From Candidatus Saccharimonadota bacterium (GTDB lineage: Bacteria > Pseudomonadota > Alphaproteobacteria > Rickettsiales > Anaplasmataceae): a stretch of DNA of 32,000 bases. How positions within the stretch are numbered: the stretch's first letter is position 1; each line of letters begins with the position of its first letter. The translations under genes and the position numbers were made by a program. The stretch lies in assembly GCF_013365495.1 (NCBI RefSeq), contig NZ_CP046580.1, positions 90,001-122,000 on the forward strand, written 5' to 3'. The notes under the pieces were generated by a model that saw only the letters and a program-made list of their open reading frames with translations, was not told the DNA's origin and did no database searches. Below are positions 9,600 through 19,796 of this stretch, piece by piece.

Positions 9600-9700
9600 T
9601 AAAAGTAGTGCTAGTGTATAGCTAAAAGTAAAATTACAAGTTTTTGTTGATTAATCTATAGTTTAGATTAAAATATAAGCCTACAGCTAAGTAGAAACTA

Positions 9701-10303
9701 ATGAATAAAAAATTAACTAAAAATAAAAAATTCTTAATAAATAAGGAAAATGAAAAAATATTCCCTGTGAAAGATTTTACTAAAGATAAGAGTAGGAGAG
9801 ATTTTATAATATTAACTACGTGTACTATGGCAAGTATAGGAGTTGTAAGTGGGTTTTGGCCACTCATCAAGTCTATGAGCCCTTCCTCTGAGGCTTTAGC
9901 AATGTCCACAATTGAAGTTGATCTAACTGATATTCAAGAAGGACAAGAAAAAAAAGTAAAATGGCAAGGTAAACCAGTATTTATTCGTAAACGTACAGAG
10001 CAAGAAATTAAAGCTGCAAGGGCTGTGAACGTAAAAAGCCTTAGAGATCCTGAGTCAGACGAGCAGAGAGTATATAAGGGAAAAAATGAATGGTTAATTA
10101 TGGTAGGAATATGTACCCATCTTGGATGTGTACCAGTTAATCATGCTACAAAAGATGGTAATGGTTGGTTCTGTCCTTGTCATGGCTCGTACTATGATAC
10201 ATCGGGCCGAGTAATTGAAGGACCTGCACCAAAAAACATGGCTATACCTAATTATTTCTTTTTAAGTGAAAATGTTGTGGTAATTGGCAAAAAGCGTAAT
10301 TAA
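9701..10303 (+). CDS. petA: Ubiquinol-cytochrome c reductase, Rieske iron-sulfur subunit
   Basis: Twin-arginine signal [10 protein letters not shown] followed by a TM helix. Rieske boxes CTHLGCVP and CPCHGSYYD. 200 aa. Confidence 0.9.
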   Translation: MNKKLTKNKKFLINKENEKIFPVKDFTKDKSRRDFIILTTCTMASIGVVSGFWPLIKSMSPSSEALAMSTIEVDLTDIQEGQEKKVKWQGKPVFIRKRTEQEIKAARAVNVKSLRDPESDEQRVYKGKNEWLIMVGICTHLGCVPVNHATKDGNGWFCPCHGSYYDTSGRVIEGPAPKNMAIPNYFFLSENVVVIGKKRN

Positions 10304-10364
10304 TATGCAGGGCTGACTGTATTCAAAATTTCAATTCTATAATTAATTTGATACTTTAACTATA

Positions 10365-11510
10365 TTATTGATAACTAACAGCCACGTTTTTGCGCATACT
10401 TTCTAGTAATAGATTGCTTTGTGTCATGATTTTTTGTTGGTAAATTTGCCATTTAACTGTTTCGATATCTACTGCATTATTTTTAATACCACATAGCATC
10501 ATCAATTTTATAGTATCATTTTCTCTTAATTCTATTATTTCGTCTATACCGATTTTGCTAAATAAAACTTGTAAAGTAGGATTTAAGCTTCGTACTTTTA
10601 TTTCAAATTCCTTTAAATCTGGTAACTTAAGATTATTTGCTACCTTATTAAAATTTAGACAATTTAGCTGTTGTTTCTTAAAATTCTCCAACAAACTTTC
10701 TGAGTCTTTAATTACAATCTGTTTTATTTTTAAAGTACTTTCTAAGAGTGTATAATTAAGTTGCACTTTATCTATTATTTTTATAATAGAATAATAGCCT
10801 TCTCTGAGACTAACTGGGCCTACTATATCACCAATTTTAAATTCTCTTAGAAGATTCTTAATGTCATCTTTTAAATGATTTAAATTAACTGTCATCTCAC
10901 GTATTTTTATTGGCAATCTTGGGATAAAACTATCATTACTATTGCGTAATTTTTTCACTAAGTCTTTAGCTGTATTATAAACATTTTCATTTCTATGGCT
11001 AAGAACTATAAATTCTTGAAATGTAATAAGATAATCAGGTTTTTTTATTTGCTCCTGCATATCACTTACTTCTTTATTACTGATATTGATAAATGGTATT
11101 ATTTTTGTTTCGATAATTTTATTCCATAATAATTGACATTTTATCTGTCTTTTTAAAAGAATAAGGTCTATGTTATATTTTTTTATATATTGATTGATTT
11201 TATCATTTTGAATTTTAAAGTTTCGGGTGAAAAATGATATAGTAGCATTGTTTAGCTCTTCACTACTCAATTTTATATTTAACCTCTGTGCCTCATTAAG
11301 AATAATAATTTCATCTATTAACTGCTTGAGAGTTTGAAATTTTAGTTCTTTTTTATCTTGCTCACCAAACAATGAGCTTATCAAGTGCATACGTTTTTCA
11401 ATATCTAAATTTGAGATTGGTTCACCATTTACATCTGCAATAATTGCAATCTCAGCTGCAAATAGCTTGATTGACAGCGTCATTATTAATAAGATTAATG
11501 TTTTATGCAT
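10365..11510 (-). CDS. Periplasmic SurA/PpiD-like chaperone with a degenerate parvulin-type PPIase domain
   Basis: 381 aa. Cleavable-looking signal peptide (MHKTLILLIMTLSIKLFAAE), SurA-N-like start (VNGEPISNLDIEKR), parvulin-like segment IGDIVGPVSLREGYYSIIKIIDK. Family-level call only. Confidence 0.55.
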   Translation of the reverse strand: MHKTLILLIMTLSIKLFAAEIAIIADVNGEPISNLDIEKRMHLISSLFGEQDKKELKFQTLKQLIDEIIILNEAQRLNIKLSSEELNNATISFFTRNFKIQNDKINQYIKKYNIDLILLKRQIKCQLLWNKIIETKIIPFINISNKEVSDMQEQIKKPDYLITFQEFIVLSHRNENVYNTAKDLVKKLRNSNDSFIPRLPIKIREMTVNLNHLKDDIKNLLREFKIGDIVGPVSLREGYYSIIKIIDKVQLNYTLLESTLKIKQIVIKDSESLLENFKKQQLNCLNFNKVANNLKLPDLKEFEIKVRSLNPTLQVLFSKIGIDEIIELRENDTIKLMMLCGIKNNAVDIETVKWQIYQQKIMTQSNLLLESMRKNVAVSYQ

Positions 11511-11731
11511 AAGTAAGATTACTTAATTAATAACTAATTTTATAATGAATATAAAGTTGATACTAGTTAATAAATAATTTTAAAATTTCTTCTATAATAT
11601 ATTTATGACATTGTAGCTTGTTATATACAACGTTGTTTTGATAAATTGGTAAATAAGGAAATTGAGGGTATTCTGAAATTTAGTATTTCAATTTTTTATG
11701 TTTAATTTTCTAAAATAAACTAGCTCATATT

Positions 11732-13099
11732 ATGATAAATAGAAATGAAACTATTTTTGCTTTATCAACTGTATTTGGTAAATCAGGTATTGCAGTAATT
11801 AGAATTTCAGGTAGTCACGCGCTTAAAACTTTAAGTCATTTTCATGTTAAAAAAGATATTAAGCCAAGAATTGCTACTTTGGTTAATCTATATGATAACT
11901 TAGGTCAATTAATTGATAATGGAATAATCGTGTATTTTCCTGCTCCAAATAGTTTTACCGGTGAGAATATTATAGAGCTGCAAGTACACGGAAGTAAGGC
12001 AGTCATAAAAATTATTTTGGAAGAATTGTCAAAAATTTTTGTTATGGCCAGACCTGGAGAATTTTCGTTGAGAGCTTTTCTAAATTCTAAGTTTGATTTA
12101 ACACAAGCAGAAGGGATTGTAGATTTAATTAATGCTGAGACAAAAATACAAGCTAGACAAGCAGCTAAGCAAATGTCGGGAGAACTGGAAAAGCTGTTTG
12201 ATGGTTGGAAGCAAAGATTAATAATGATTCAATCTAAAATTGAAGCATATATAGATTTTCCAGAAGATATTTTGATAGAAAAAGGTGAATTAGAAAAAAT
12301 TAATAATGAAGTACAAAACCTTGTACGGTCAATACAAAGGCATCTGAATGATAATAGGTGTGGTGAAAGATTACGTGAAGGCTTACATATTGTAATAGTT
12401 GGTAAACCAAATGTTGGTAAATCAACGTTATTTAATTTTCTTGTAAAACGTGATATTGCCATTGTTTCTGAATATGCAGGTACGACAAGAGATGTGCTTG
12501 AAGCTCATATTGATATTGGTGGATATCCAATTATTCTTTCTGATACTGCTGGAATTTGTGAAAGTTCAGATCCAATAGAATTAGAAGGTATAAATCGGGC
12601 AAGAAAGAAATTTTATGAGGCTGATATTAAAATAGAGCTATTTTCCTATAGTAGTTTTACTACTATTCAAACTGGAATCAAAAATATCTCAATGTCAACT
12701 GCCTTTATAGAATCAAGCCAAGACAATACTATTTATGTGCTAAGCAAAGCTGATGATATTATTAATGATTATGATATCAAGATTGATGGTATTGATTTTT
12801 TACCTATTTCTATTTTAAAAGGAATAGGTACGGAAAGATTGATTTCTGTGATTAAAGAGAAAGTAGAGAAAAAATTTGGTTATGATAACAAAGATATACC
12901 TGTGATTACTCGACAAAGACATAGGAATTGTATGCAAAAGGCCATAGAATATTTACGACATTTTAATATAGATAATCCAGTTGAGCTAATGTCTGAAGAT
13001 TTAAGACTTGCTGCATCTGAACTTAGCACGATAACAGGAGATATTAATATTGAAGAAATATTAACTAATATATTTAATAATTTTTGCGTAGGTAAGTGA
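11732..13099 (+). CDS. mnmE: tRNA modification GTPase MnmE (TrmE)
   Basis: 455 aa. N-terminal [22 protein letters not shown]-domain [12 protein letters not shown] / DTAG, C-terminal FCVGK tetrapeptide (C-I/V-G-K). Confidence 0.95.
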   Translation: MINRNETIFALSTVFGKSGIAVIRISGSHALKTLSHFHVKKDIKPRIATLVNLYDNLGQLIDNGIIVYFPAPNSFTGENIIELQVHGSKAVIKIILEELSKIFVMARPGEFSLRAFLNSKFDLTQAEGIVDLINAETKIQARQAAKQMSGELEKLFDGWKQRLIMIQSKIEAYIDFPEDILIEKGELEKINNEVQNLVRSIQRHLNDNRCGERLREGLHIVIVGKPNVGKSTLFNFLVKRDIAIVSEYAGTTRDVLEAHIDIGGYPIILSDTAGICESSDPIELEGINRARKKFYEADIKIELFSYSSFTTIQTGIKNISMSTAFIESSQDNTIYVLSKADDIINDYDIKIDGIDFLPISILKGIGTERLISVIKEKVEKKFGYDNKDIPVITRQRHRNCMQKAIEYLRHFNIDNPVELMSEDLRLAASELSTITGDINIEEILTNIFNNFCVGK

Positions 13100-13144
13100 A
13101 ATTTTATAAATTGCGTGATATTGAATGTTGTGGTAAAAAAAAAA

Positions 13145-13235
13145 TGGACGGATGGCCGAGTGGCTTAAGGCACCAGTCTTGAAAACTGATGTATGTTAAA
13201 TAAGCATACCATGGGTTCGAATCCCATTCCGTCCG
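13145..13235 (+). tRNA. tRNA-Ser (anticodon UGA), class II with long variable arm
   Basis: Acceptor GGACGGA/TCCGTCC, D-arm GCC..GGC, anticodon loop CTTGAAA (TGA), long variable arm TGTATGTTAAATAAGCATACC, T-arm ATGGG-TTCGAAT-CCCAT, discriminator G. Lies 45 nt after the mnmE stop, preceded by an A10 run. Confidence 0.9.
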
Positions 13236-13280
13236 GTTTGTTGTTTTACTTCATCAAGTAGGATTTGTTTTAAAAGAAAT

Positions 13281-13883
13281 TTATTTCTCTAAAAGAATAA
13301 TCTTACTCCAAATTTCACTATATATTTGATTATTATCTTTAGTTTCAATCTGAGCAATAATGTGACATCTATTAGAATTTTTAAGTGCTATTTCCTGAAA
13401 CCCTTTTCTGACCTTGTCGTAAAAACATATGTTCATCCTTTCGTATTTATTTTTATCTTTTTTTCTACTTAATCCAACTTTGACATCAATATCTAAAATA
13501 AAAGTGATATCCGGACATTTTATTTTTACTAACTCATGAAGATTTTTTATAAGTTTTAAATCAATGCCTAATCCATATCCTTGATAAGCAATCGTTGAAT
13601 CAATAAATCGGTCACAAATCACTATTTTTTCTTCTTTTAAAGCTGGTAATATTAATTCTTTCATATGTTCATGCCTCATTGAAATAAATAATAGAAGTTC
13701 AGAGATGGGGTCAATGTTATCTTTTAGAATAATCTCTCTTACCTTTTTTGCAAGGCTAGTTCCACCTGGCTCTTGAGTTAGTATTACATAATTTTCACCA
13801 TGAATTTGCTTGAGATGATTTGCAAGTAACTCAGACTGTGTTGTTTTGCCAGATCCGTCTATTCCTTCAAAAGTTATAAACAT
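13281..13883 (-). CDS. tmk: Thymidylate kinase
   Basis: P-loop start MFITFEGIDGSGKTTQ, DRF(ID)S motif. I place the start at the ATG at 13883. The track's start at 13943 adds 20 non-conserved residues ahead of the canonical Tmk N-terminus. Confidence 0.9.
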   Translation of the reverse strand: MFITFEGIDGSGKTTQSELLANHLKQIHGENYVILTQEPGGTSLAKKVREIILKDNIDPISELLLFISMRHEHMKELILPALKEEKIVICDRFIDSTIAYQGYGLGIDLKLIKNLHELVKIKCPDITFILDIDVKVGLSRKKDKNKYERMNICFYDKVRKGFQEIALKNSNRCHIIAQIETKDNNQIYSEIWSKIILLEK

Positions 13884-13996
13884 AAATTCTACAATTGAAA
13901 TACTAAAAAGTATATAACTAGTATATATGCAATCATTTGACATTTAAGTCGAAAGATTATAATATTATACACAATACATAACTCTTAAGTTAGATT

Positions 13997-14563
13997 ATGG
14001 TTACATTGAATACTCCTAAGATGGATTTAGGCTTCATTGCGAAAGGTTTTAACCTTTTAGGAGTAGATAATAAATACTATACATTAAATGACTGTTATGG
14101 CAAAAATGGTCTTGTTGTAATGTTTATATGCAACCATTGTCCTTATGTTCAGTCAATTATTACTAATTTAGTAAGTGATATTAATTTATTAAAAAAAAGT
14201 TATCAGGTTAATGCAGTTGCAATTATGCCAAATGATGTAAATAAATGTCTGGAAGACTCCTTTAAAAATATGATAAATTTTGCTCAGATAAATAAATTTA
14301 CATTTCCATATCTTATTGACAGCACACAAAAAATAGCTAAGAAATATGGTGCAGTTTGTACTCCTGACTTTTTTGGCTTTAATGCTAATTTAAACCTTTG
14401 CTACCGTGGACGTTTTAATGACGCAAAAAAAGAAAAAGTTCAAAATTATAAAGTAGGAAGCAGTGATTTGTTTCAAGCTATGAAATTTATTGCAGAAACT
14501 GGTAGTTCTCCAATTAACCAAAAGCCAAGTATTGGTTGCTCAATTAAATGGTTTGATTCATAG
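13997..14563 (+). CDS. Thioredoxin-fold protein (AhpC/TSA-redoxin-like) with a CxxC motif
   Basis: 188 aa. VMFICNHCPYV (CxxC in a redoxin context) and a later CTPDFFGF motif. Family-level call only. Confidence 0.6.
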   Translation: MVTLNTPKMDLGFIAKGFNLLGVDNKYYTLNDCYGKNGLVVMFICNHCPYVQSIITNLVSDINLLKKSYQVNAVAIMPNDVNKCLEDSFKNMINFAQINKFTFPYLIDSTQKIAKKYGAVCTPDFFGFNANLNLCYRGRFNDAKKEKVQNYKVGSSDLFQAMKFIAETGSSPINQKPSIGCSIKWFDS

Positions 14564-14575
14564 GTTCGATGTCTT

Positions 14576-16294
14576 ATGCACGGTAACTCTCAGTATCTGT
14601 TCGATATTATAATTTTACTTTCTGCTGCTGTATTTATAGTCATAGCGTTCTGGAAAATGAATATTAGCCCAGTGCTAGGTTATTTTGTTGCAGGCGCACT
14701 GATTGGTTCTCACGGATTTAATTTAATACACTCAGCTAAAGCAATGGATAATTTTGCAGAGTTTGGTGTAGTTTTTTTATTATTTATTATAGGTCTTGAA
14801 TTGACATTTGAACGCCTTATTGCTATGCGTATTCATGTATTTGGATTTGGTTCTCTTCAAGTTGTAGTTACCATGATAACTATATGGTGTATTGCTATTG
14901 CTTTTGGGGTGAATACAAATATGGCATCAGTTATTGGTGGTGGACTTGCATTGTCTTCAACAGCAATAGTATTGCAGGTTCTACAAGAAAAAGGTTCCCA
15001 AGCCAGTCAAGTTGGTAGATTGTCAATAGCAGTATTACTAATGCAGGATTTTGCAGTAGTACCGCTAATAGTACTGCTACCTTTGCTTACCAGCAGTTCT
15101 GGAAATACTCTGATAAGCTCACTGATAGGTTCATTAATACAAGCATCTATTGCGTTAATACTGATATTTATAACTGGAAGACTGTTGCTTAGACCCTTAT
15201 TTTCGGTTATTGCTAAAATGGAAAGCAATGAGGTTTTCATATCAACAATACTCTTAATAATATTAGGAGCGGCATTTATCACTGAGCAGTTTCATTTATC
15301 AATGGCATTGGGTGCATTTGTTGCTGGGTTATTAGTTGCAGAAACAGAGCATAGACATTCAGTAGAACATGCAGTGTTACCATTTAAAGACCTGTTTCTT
15401 GGTTTGTTTTTTATGACTGTAGGTATGTCTATTGATATCGATCTTTTACTCAATAAATTACCACTAATTACTTTATTGTCAGTTATTTTGATTGTTTCAA
15501 AAACATTTATAATATATGTATTGTGTAGATTTTTTGGATTTAGAAGTACACCTTCTATACAAGCTGGATTACTACTTGCACAAGGAGGCGAGTTTGCATT
15601 TATTCTATTTCGTTTGGCGAATGAGCTAGGCGTATTGCCAAGTGAAATTGCTCAGGTGCTTATGATGGTAACTACAGTAACTATGGCTTTTACTCCTCTC
15701 TTATCTGGACTTGGGGAGTGGATAGCAAATTCATTTAGCACTGAAAAATTAATATTGGATGATGAAATAGTTGAGATAGACACACAAGACCTTTATAATC
15801 ATGTAATAGTTGCTGGATTTGGTAGGGTAGGATATATGGTAACAAAAATGCTTACTGCAGAGCATTTAAGTTATGTTGTTGTAGATATTCAATCAAAAAT
15901 AGTTAAAGAAGGGAAAAGTGACAGTTTTCCTATATATCTTGGAGATGCTACAAGATATGAAATTTTAAAATCAGTGGGAATAGAAAGAGCCCAAGCTCTT
16001 GTGATCTCAATAAAAAATGAGGTAACTATAAGGAAAATAGTTTCCTTAGTTGCGTTAAACTTTCCGCATGTAAGTATCATAATACGTTTGCCAGATCTAA
16101 GTAATGTAGAGGCTTATAAAAATTTAGGAGCTAGTAAAATTATTCCTGAAACATCTGAAATGGGGCTCCAATTGGGTGGAGCAGCATTAAGTCTAAGTGG
16201 AATTAGTGAGAGTGGAGTTGCGTCTTTAAAAAATAAGTTTAGAAAAGGTAATTATAGCATGATAAAAGATATTAGTAGTGATATAGATGAGTAA
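14576..16294 (+). CDS. Monovalent cation:proton antiporter-2 (CPA2) family K+ efflux protein with C-terminal TrkA-N/KTN domain (KefB/KefC-like)
   Basis: 572 aa. About 12 hydrophobic helices, a FLLFIIGLEL motif, and a C-terminal Rossmann motif HVIVAGFGRVGYMV. Confidence 0.8.
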   Translation: MHGNSQYLFDIIILLSAAVFIVIAFWKMNISPVLGYFVAGALIGSHGFNLIHSAKAMDNFAEFGVVFLLFIIGLELTFERLIAMRIHVFGFGSLQVVVTMITIWCIAIAFGVNTNMASVIGGGLALSSTAIVLQVLQEKGSQASQVGRLSIAVLLMQDFAVVPLIVLLPLLTSSSGNTLISSLIGSLIQASIALILIFITGRLLLRPLFSVIAKMESNEVFISTILLIILGAAFITEQFHLSMALGAFVAGLLVAETEHRHSVEHAVLPFKDLFLGLFFMTVGMSIDIDLLLNKLPLITLLSVILIVSKTFIIYVLCRFFGFRSTPSIQAGLLLAQGGEFAFILFRLANELGVLPSEIAQVLMMVTTVTMAFTPLLSGLGEWIANSFSTEKLILDDEIVEIDTQDLYNHVIVAGFGRVGYMVTKMLTAEHLSYVVVDIQSKIVKEGKSDSFPIYLGDATRYEILKSVGIERAQALVISIKNEVTIRKIVSLVALNFPHVSIIIRLPDLSNVEAYKNLGASKIIPETSEMGLQLGGAALSLSGISESGVASLKNKFRKGNYSMIKDISSDIDE

Positions 16295-16612
16295 AAAAAT
16301 TTTAACTGTTTTTTTATTATTTAAGTTTGTATAGATTAAACCCTTGGCTATTAGTATAAAGTACTTTAATAGTAAAAATAATTATATTAAAAGTATAAAA
16401 ACTACTTGATGAATTTGCTAGTTTCTTTGGTAATATAATTAGAATATTTAGTCGATTTCAATTTGAGCAGTAAAAATAATAAAAGTATATCTAGCTTGAT
16501 GGTTGTTTATATCTTCATTAAAATTCCAGACTTTTATTTTACCTTAGGCTGAACAGTTTACTTTTCTAATATGGATTTAAAGATTTAGAGGATTTTATTC
16601 ACTGATAAAGTT

Positions 16613-16769
16613 AAAGGTTGTTATAGAGGGAGAAAAAATTATTGCCAATTTTTAGTTGCATTATAGCAACAACTTTTGTTGCTGGCATATAGAATGACTA
16701 TTAAAATATTATAATGTTAAGTATGTTTTTTCTGATTGAGACATATTTCTTTATTTATCTACTATGCTC
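16613..16769 (+). pseudogene. Decayed duplicate of the 3' end plus downstream flank of the adjacent amino-acid permease gene
   Basis: 16613-16700 aligns to 17984-18075 at about 80% identity by eye, including a 25-nt exact block GAGAAAAAATTATTGCCAATTTTTA. 16732-16769 (CTGATTGAGACATATTTCTTTATTTATCTACTATGCTC) aligns to 18204-18236 (CTGAGAGATTTTTATTTCCTTTATCTACTGCTC) in the flank after the permease stop. The copy carries a 1-nt deletion and an in-frame TAG, and lacks about 96 nt. Confidence 0.7.
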
Positions 16770-16883
16770 TTGTAAATGAGATGTCTTCTCAAAACATTTA
16801 CTTTAAAATATAATCTTTATTTTCTTTATTAAGGTTCTTGTAGTTAAGTTATACGCAACTCTATATTAAATTAATAAATAAGT

Positions 16884-18161
16884 ATGCCAAATAGAATGGA
16901 TTTTTTAACTGTTTTTGCTTTAGTTATCAGCAGTCAGATTGGTTCTGGAATTTTTATCCTCCCAATCAGTATTGCACCATACGGTATTTATAGCCTTATG
17001 AGTTTAGCAATGTCAGGAGTTGGTGCTATATCTCTTGCTTTAGTTTTTGCTACACTATGTACAAAATTTCCAAAAACTGGAGGTCCTCACGTTTATGTAA
17101 AGCATGTTTTTGGTTCTACGGTAGCACTTTTTATTGGTTGGACTTATTGGGTGATCTCTTGGGTTAGCACAACAGCTTTAATAGTTATGGGTGTCGGATA
17201 TCTTACACCATTTTTTTATGAAGATATTCAAAGTGTGTATCTGCTTTTAGAGTTGTTATTACTCATAATCATTACGTTAATAAATTTAAGGGGGGTAGCT
17301 ACTGTTGGACATGTTGAACTTTTTCTTACACTTATAAAAATTTTTGTGTTGTTTGTAATTCCTATAGCAGCATTATTTTTTTTTGATAAAAATAATTTTA
17401 TTGTGAGTAAAGAAATCTCAAATCTTACAATATCACAAATTCTTGCACGCTCCACGCTTTTGACTTTATGGTGTTTTATTGGAGTTGAATTGGCAACAGT
17501 ACCAGCAGGGTCAGTAGATAATCCAATTAAAACTATACCAAAAGCTATAGTATTCGGTACGATTTGTGTTGTTGGTATATATTTTATTAACAATTTTGCA
17601 ATTATGGGATTAATCAATGGCAATGATTTAGTAAATTCAAGGGCACCATATGTTGATGCAGTAAAAATTATATTTCCAGGTAATTGGCATATTATTGTTT
17701 CTATTACTGCTTTTATTTTTTGTATCGGGAGTTTAAATGTATGGGTTTTATCTAGTGGACAAATTATTTTTGGTCTTGCACAAGATAAACTTGTGCCTCA
17801 GTTTTTTGCCAAAAAGAATAGATATGGTTCTCCTTTTTGGGGAATAATAATTAGTTCAATTGGAACTGCAATTTTACTAATTCTTATTTCAAGCAATAAT
17901 TTTTCCAAGCAAATTACATCAGTGATTAATTTTTCTACAGTTTCTTTTTTACTTGTTTATCTTTCATGTAGTCTTGCCTTTTTAAAGGTTGTCATAAAGG
18001 AGAGAAAAAATTATTGCCAATTTTTAATTGGCATTGTGGCAACAATTTTTTGTTTCTGGGTAATATATGAGACTTCTATAAGTACCTTGCTAATTTCAAG
18101 CTTATTTACTGTAAGTGGCATACCTCTTTACTTATTTTGGTATCGCAAAGCTTCTACATGA
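16884..18161 (+). CDS. Amino acid permease (APC superfamily)
   Basis: 425 aa, about 12 TM helices. N-terminal LTVFALVISSQIGSGIFILP signature typical of APC transporters. Confidence 0.8.
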   Translation: MPNRMDFLTVFALVISSQIGSGIFILPISIAPYGIYSLMSLAMSGVGAISLALVFATLCTKFPKTGGPHVYVKHVFGSTVALFIGWTYWVISWVSTTALIVMGVGYLTPFFYEDIQSVYLLLELLLLIIITLINLRGVATVGHVELFLTLIKIFVLFVIPIAALFFFDKNNFIVSKEISNLTISQILARSTLLTLWCFIGVELATVPAGSVDNPIKTIPKAIVFGTICVVGIYFINNFAIMGLINGNDLVNSRAPYVDAVKIIFPGNWHIIVSITAFIFCIGSLNVWVLSSGQIIFGLAQDKLVPQFFAKKNRYGSPFWGIIISSIGTAILLILISSNNFSKQITSVINFSTVSFLLVYLSCSLAFLKVVIKERKNYCQFLIGIVATIFCFWVIYETSISTLLISSLFTVSGIPLYLFWYRKAST

Positions 18162-18337
18162 TTTAATAACTGGAACTCCAAGTGATTAATACTTACAGTA
18201 CAGCTGAGAGATTTTTATTTCCTTTATCTACTGCTCAATATTGTTCTTTTTTCTTAAGTTTGTTACCTACTTTTTCTTATATTGTTTATTATTTACTTAG
18301 ATCTCATTTTGCTTTGCTAGAGTACTCATTTTTAATC

Positions 18338-18619
18338 TTAGTCTTTTAATCTTTCTCTTTCAGATGTGAAAATTTTTGCTAAAAGTTCCCCTATAATAGG
18401 GATTGATTTTAAAAAGCTTTTTTTTGTTTTTGAAGGCTTTTGTTCTGTTTTTGCAAACTGTGTTTTAATGATTTTTACAGCGTATTTTCTATCATCAAAA
18501 TTTATTTTGTATTTTTTTTGTGAAAGAATATTTTGAACTTTTAATTCATTAGTTTTTTTATTTTCTCGAGGCATAGATAATGTAGTTTTTATCTTGGTTT
18601 CATTATATTCTTTACTCAT
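18338..18619 (-). CDS. Hypothetical small Lys-rich protein
   Basis: 93-aa ORF in otherwise non-coding DNA. At this AT content stop codons are frequent, so an open frame this long is unlikely by chance. Purine-rich coding strand like the real genes. No motif I recognise. Confidence 0.4.
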   Translation of the reverse strand: MSKEYNETKIKTTLSMPRENKKTNELKVQNILSQKKYKINFDDRKYAVKIIKTQFAKTEQKPSKTKKSFLKSIPIIGELLAKIFTSERERLKD

Positions 18620-18767
18620 CTCTCGCCTTATTGAGTAGTATTATTAGTATTGTGTAATGATAACTGAATTACAATTAATTTCAAGGTAAGAATATTAAAA
18701 TAATTGTAAATTTCATCAGGAAAAATATAATAATATATACAATATTCAAAGTGATAAATTTGTTTAT

Positions 18768-19796
18768 ATGGGACATAAGATTGCTGTTATTGGAGCAACT
18801 GGAAGAGTAGGGCGTGAAGTGTTAAGTATACTAGCCGAGTTTCGAGACGAAAAAAAAATTTCGATAGATTTTGTTATTGCATTTGCATCTCAAAGATCAG
18901 AGGGGAAAAAAATAAGTTTTTGTAATGAAGAATTAACTATTTCGTGCCTTAAAGGCTATGACTTTGTTGGGGTTAATATAGCCATTTTTTGTGCTGGACA
19001 TCACGTTTCTAAAAAATATGTGCCAATTGCAACAAAAGCAGGATGTATTGTAATAGATAACGGCTCTTATTTTAGAATGAAAGAAGGTGTGCCACTGATT
19101 ATTCCAGAGATTAATAAAGAAAAAATCACAGAATATAAAAATCATAATATAATATCCAATCCAAATTGTGCTGTAATACAAATGCTACTAGTACTGCATC
19201 TATTGCACCAAAAAGCACAAATCAAAAGGATTATTGCTTCAACTTATCAATCAACTTCTGGTGCAGGAAAGGCAGCAATGGATGAATTATATGAGCAAAC
19301 AAAAAAAATTTTCATGAATGAGGCTAAAAAACCTGAAGTATTTTCTAAGCAAATAGCATTTAATTGTATTCCTCATATAGGAGAATTTATGATAGATGGT
19401 TCTACAAAAGAGGAATGGAAGATGCAGGAAGAAACAAAAAAAATTTTAGGAACAGATATAAAAGTAACTGCAACTTGTGTCAGGGTACCGGTTTTTATTG
19501 GCCATGCTATAGCGGCAAATGTTGAGTTTGATCAACATATAACTGAGAAGCAAGCTCGTGAAATACTAAGTAAGGCTGAAAATAATGGAATTTTAGTGTA
19601 TGATAAGCATGAAGATGGAAAATATGCAACTCAAATTGATGTTGTGCAAGAAGACGCAGTGTACATATCGCGCATTAGGCAGGATAAAACCATTAAACAT
19701 GGATTAAATATGTGGATAGTAGCTGATAACCTACGTAAAGGTGCAGCATTAAATGTAGTGCAGATTCTAGAAATCTTAACTAGGGAGTATTTGTAA
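18768..19796 (+). CDS. asd: Aspartate-semialdehyde dehydrogenase
   Basis: 342 aa. N-terminal IAVIGATGRVG Rossmann motif, active-site NPNCAVIQM, and a QSTSGAG motif. Confidence 0.93.
   Translation: MGHKIAVIGATGRVGREVLSILAEFRDEKKISIDFVIAFASQRSEGKKISFCNEELTISCLKGYDFVGVNIAIFCAGHHVSKKYVPIATKAGCIVIDNGSYFRMKEGVPLIIPEINKEKITEYKNHNIISNPNCAVIQMLLVLHLLHQKAQIKRIIASTYQSTSGAGKAAMDELYEQTKKIFMNEAKKPEVFSKQIAFNCIPHIGEFMIDGSTKEEWKMQEETKKILGTDIKVTATCVRVPVFIGHAIAANVEFDQHITEKQAREILSKAENNGILVYDKHEDGKYATQIDVVQEDAVYISRIRQDKTIKHGLNMWIVADNLRKGAALNVVQILEILTREYL

Noticed and set aside
13135-13144. Homopolymer tracts (A10 at 13135-13144 before tRNA-Ser; T10 at 24023-24032 and 27725-27734; A9 inside gyrA at 7732-7740) considered as phase-variation switches.
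   Set aside because: Runs of this length are expected in DNA with more than 70% A+T. The intergenic ones are not positioned in promoters or reading frames I can define, and the gyrA run is in frame in an essential gene.
13884-13943. 20-codon N-terminal extension of tmk in the ORF track (MSNDCIYTSYILFSISIVEF...).
   Set aside because: The canonical Tmk N-terminus (M-x-I-x-F-E-G-x-D-G-S-G-K-T) begins at the internal ATG at 13883. The extension is not Tmk-like and is probably just upstream open frame.
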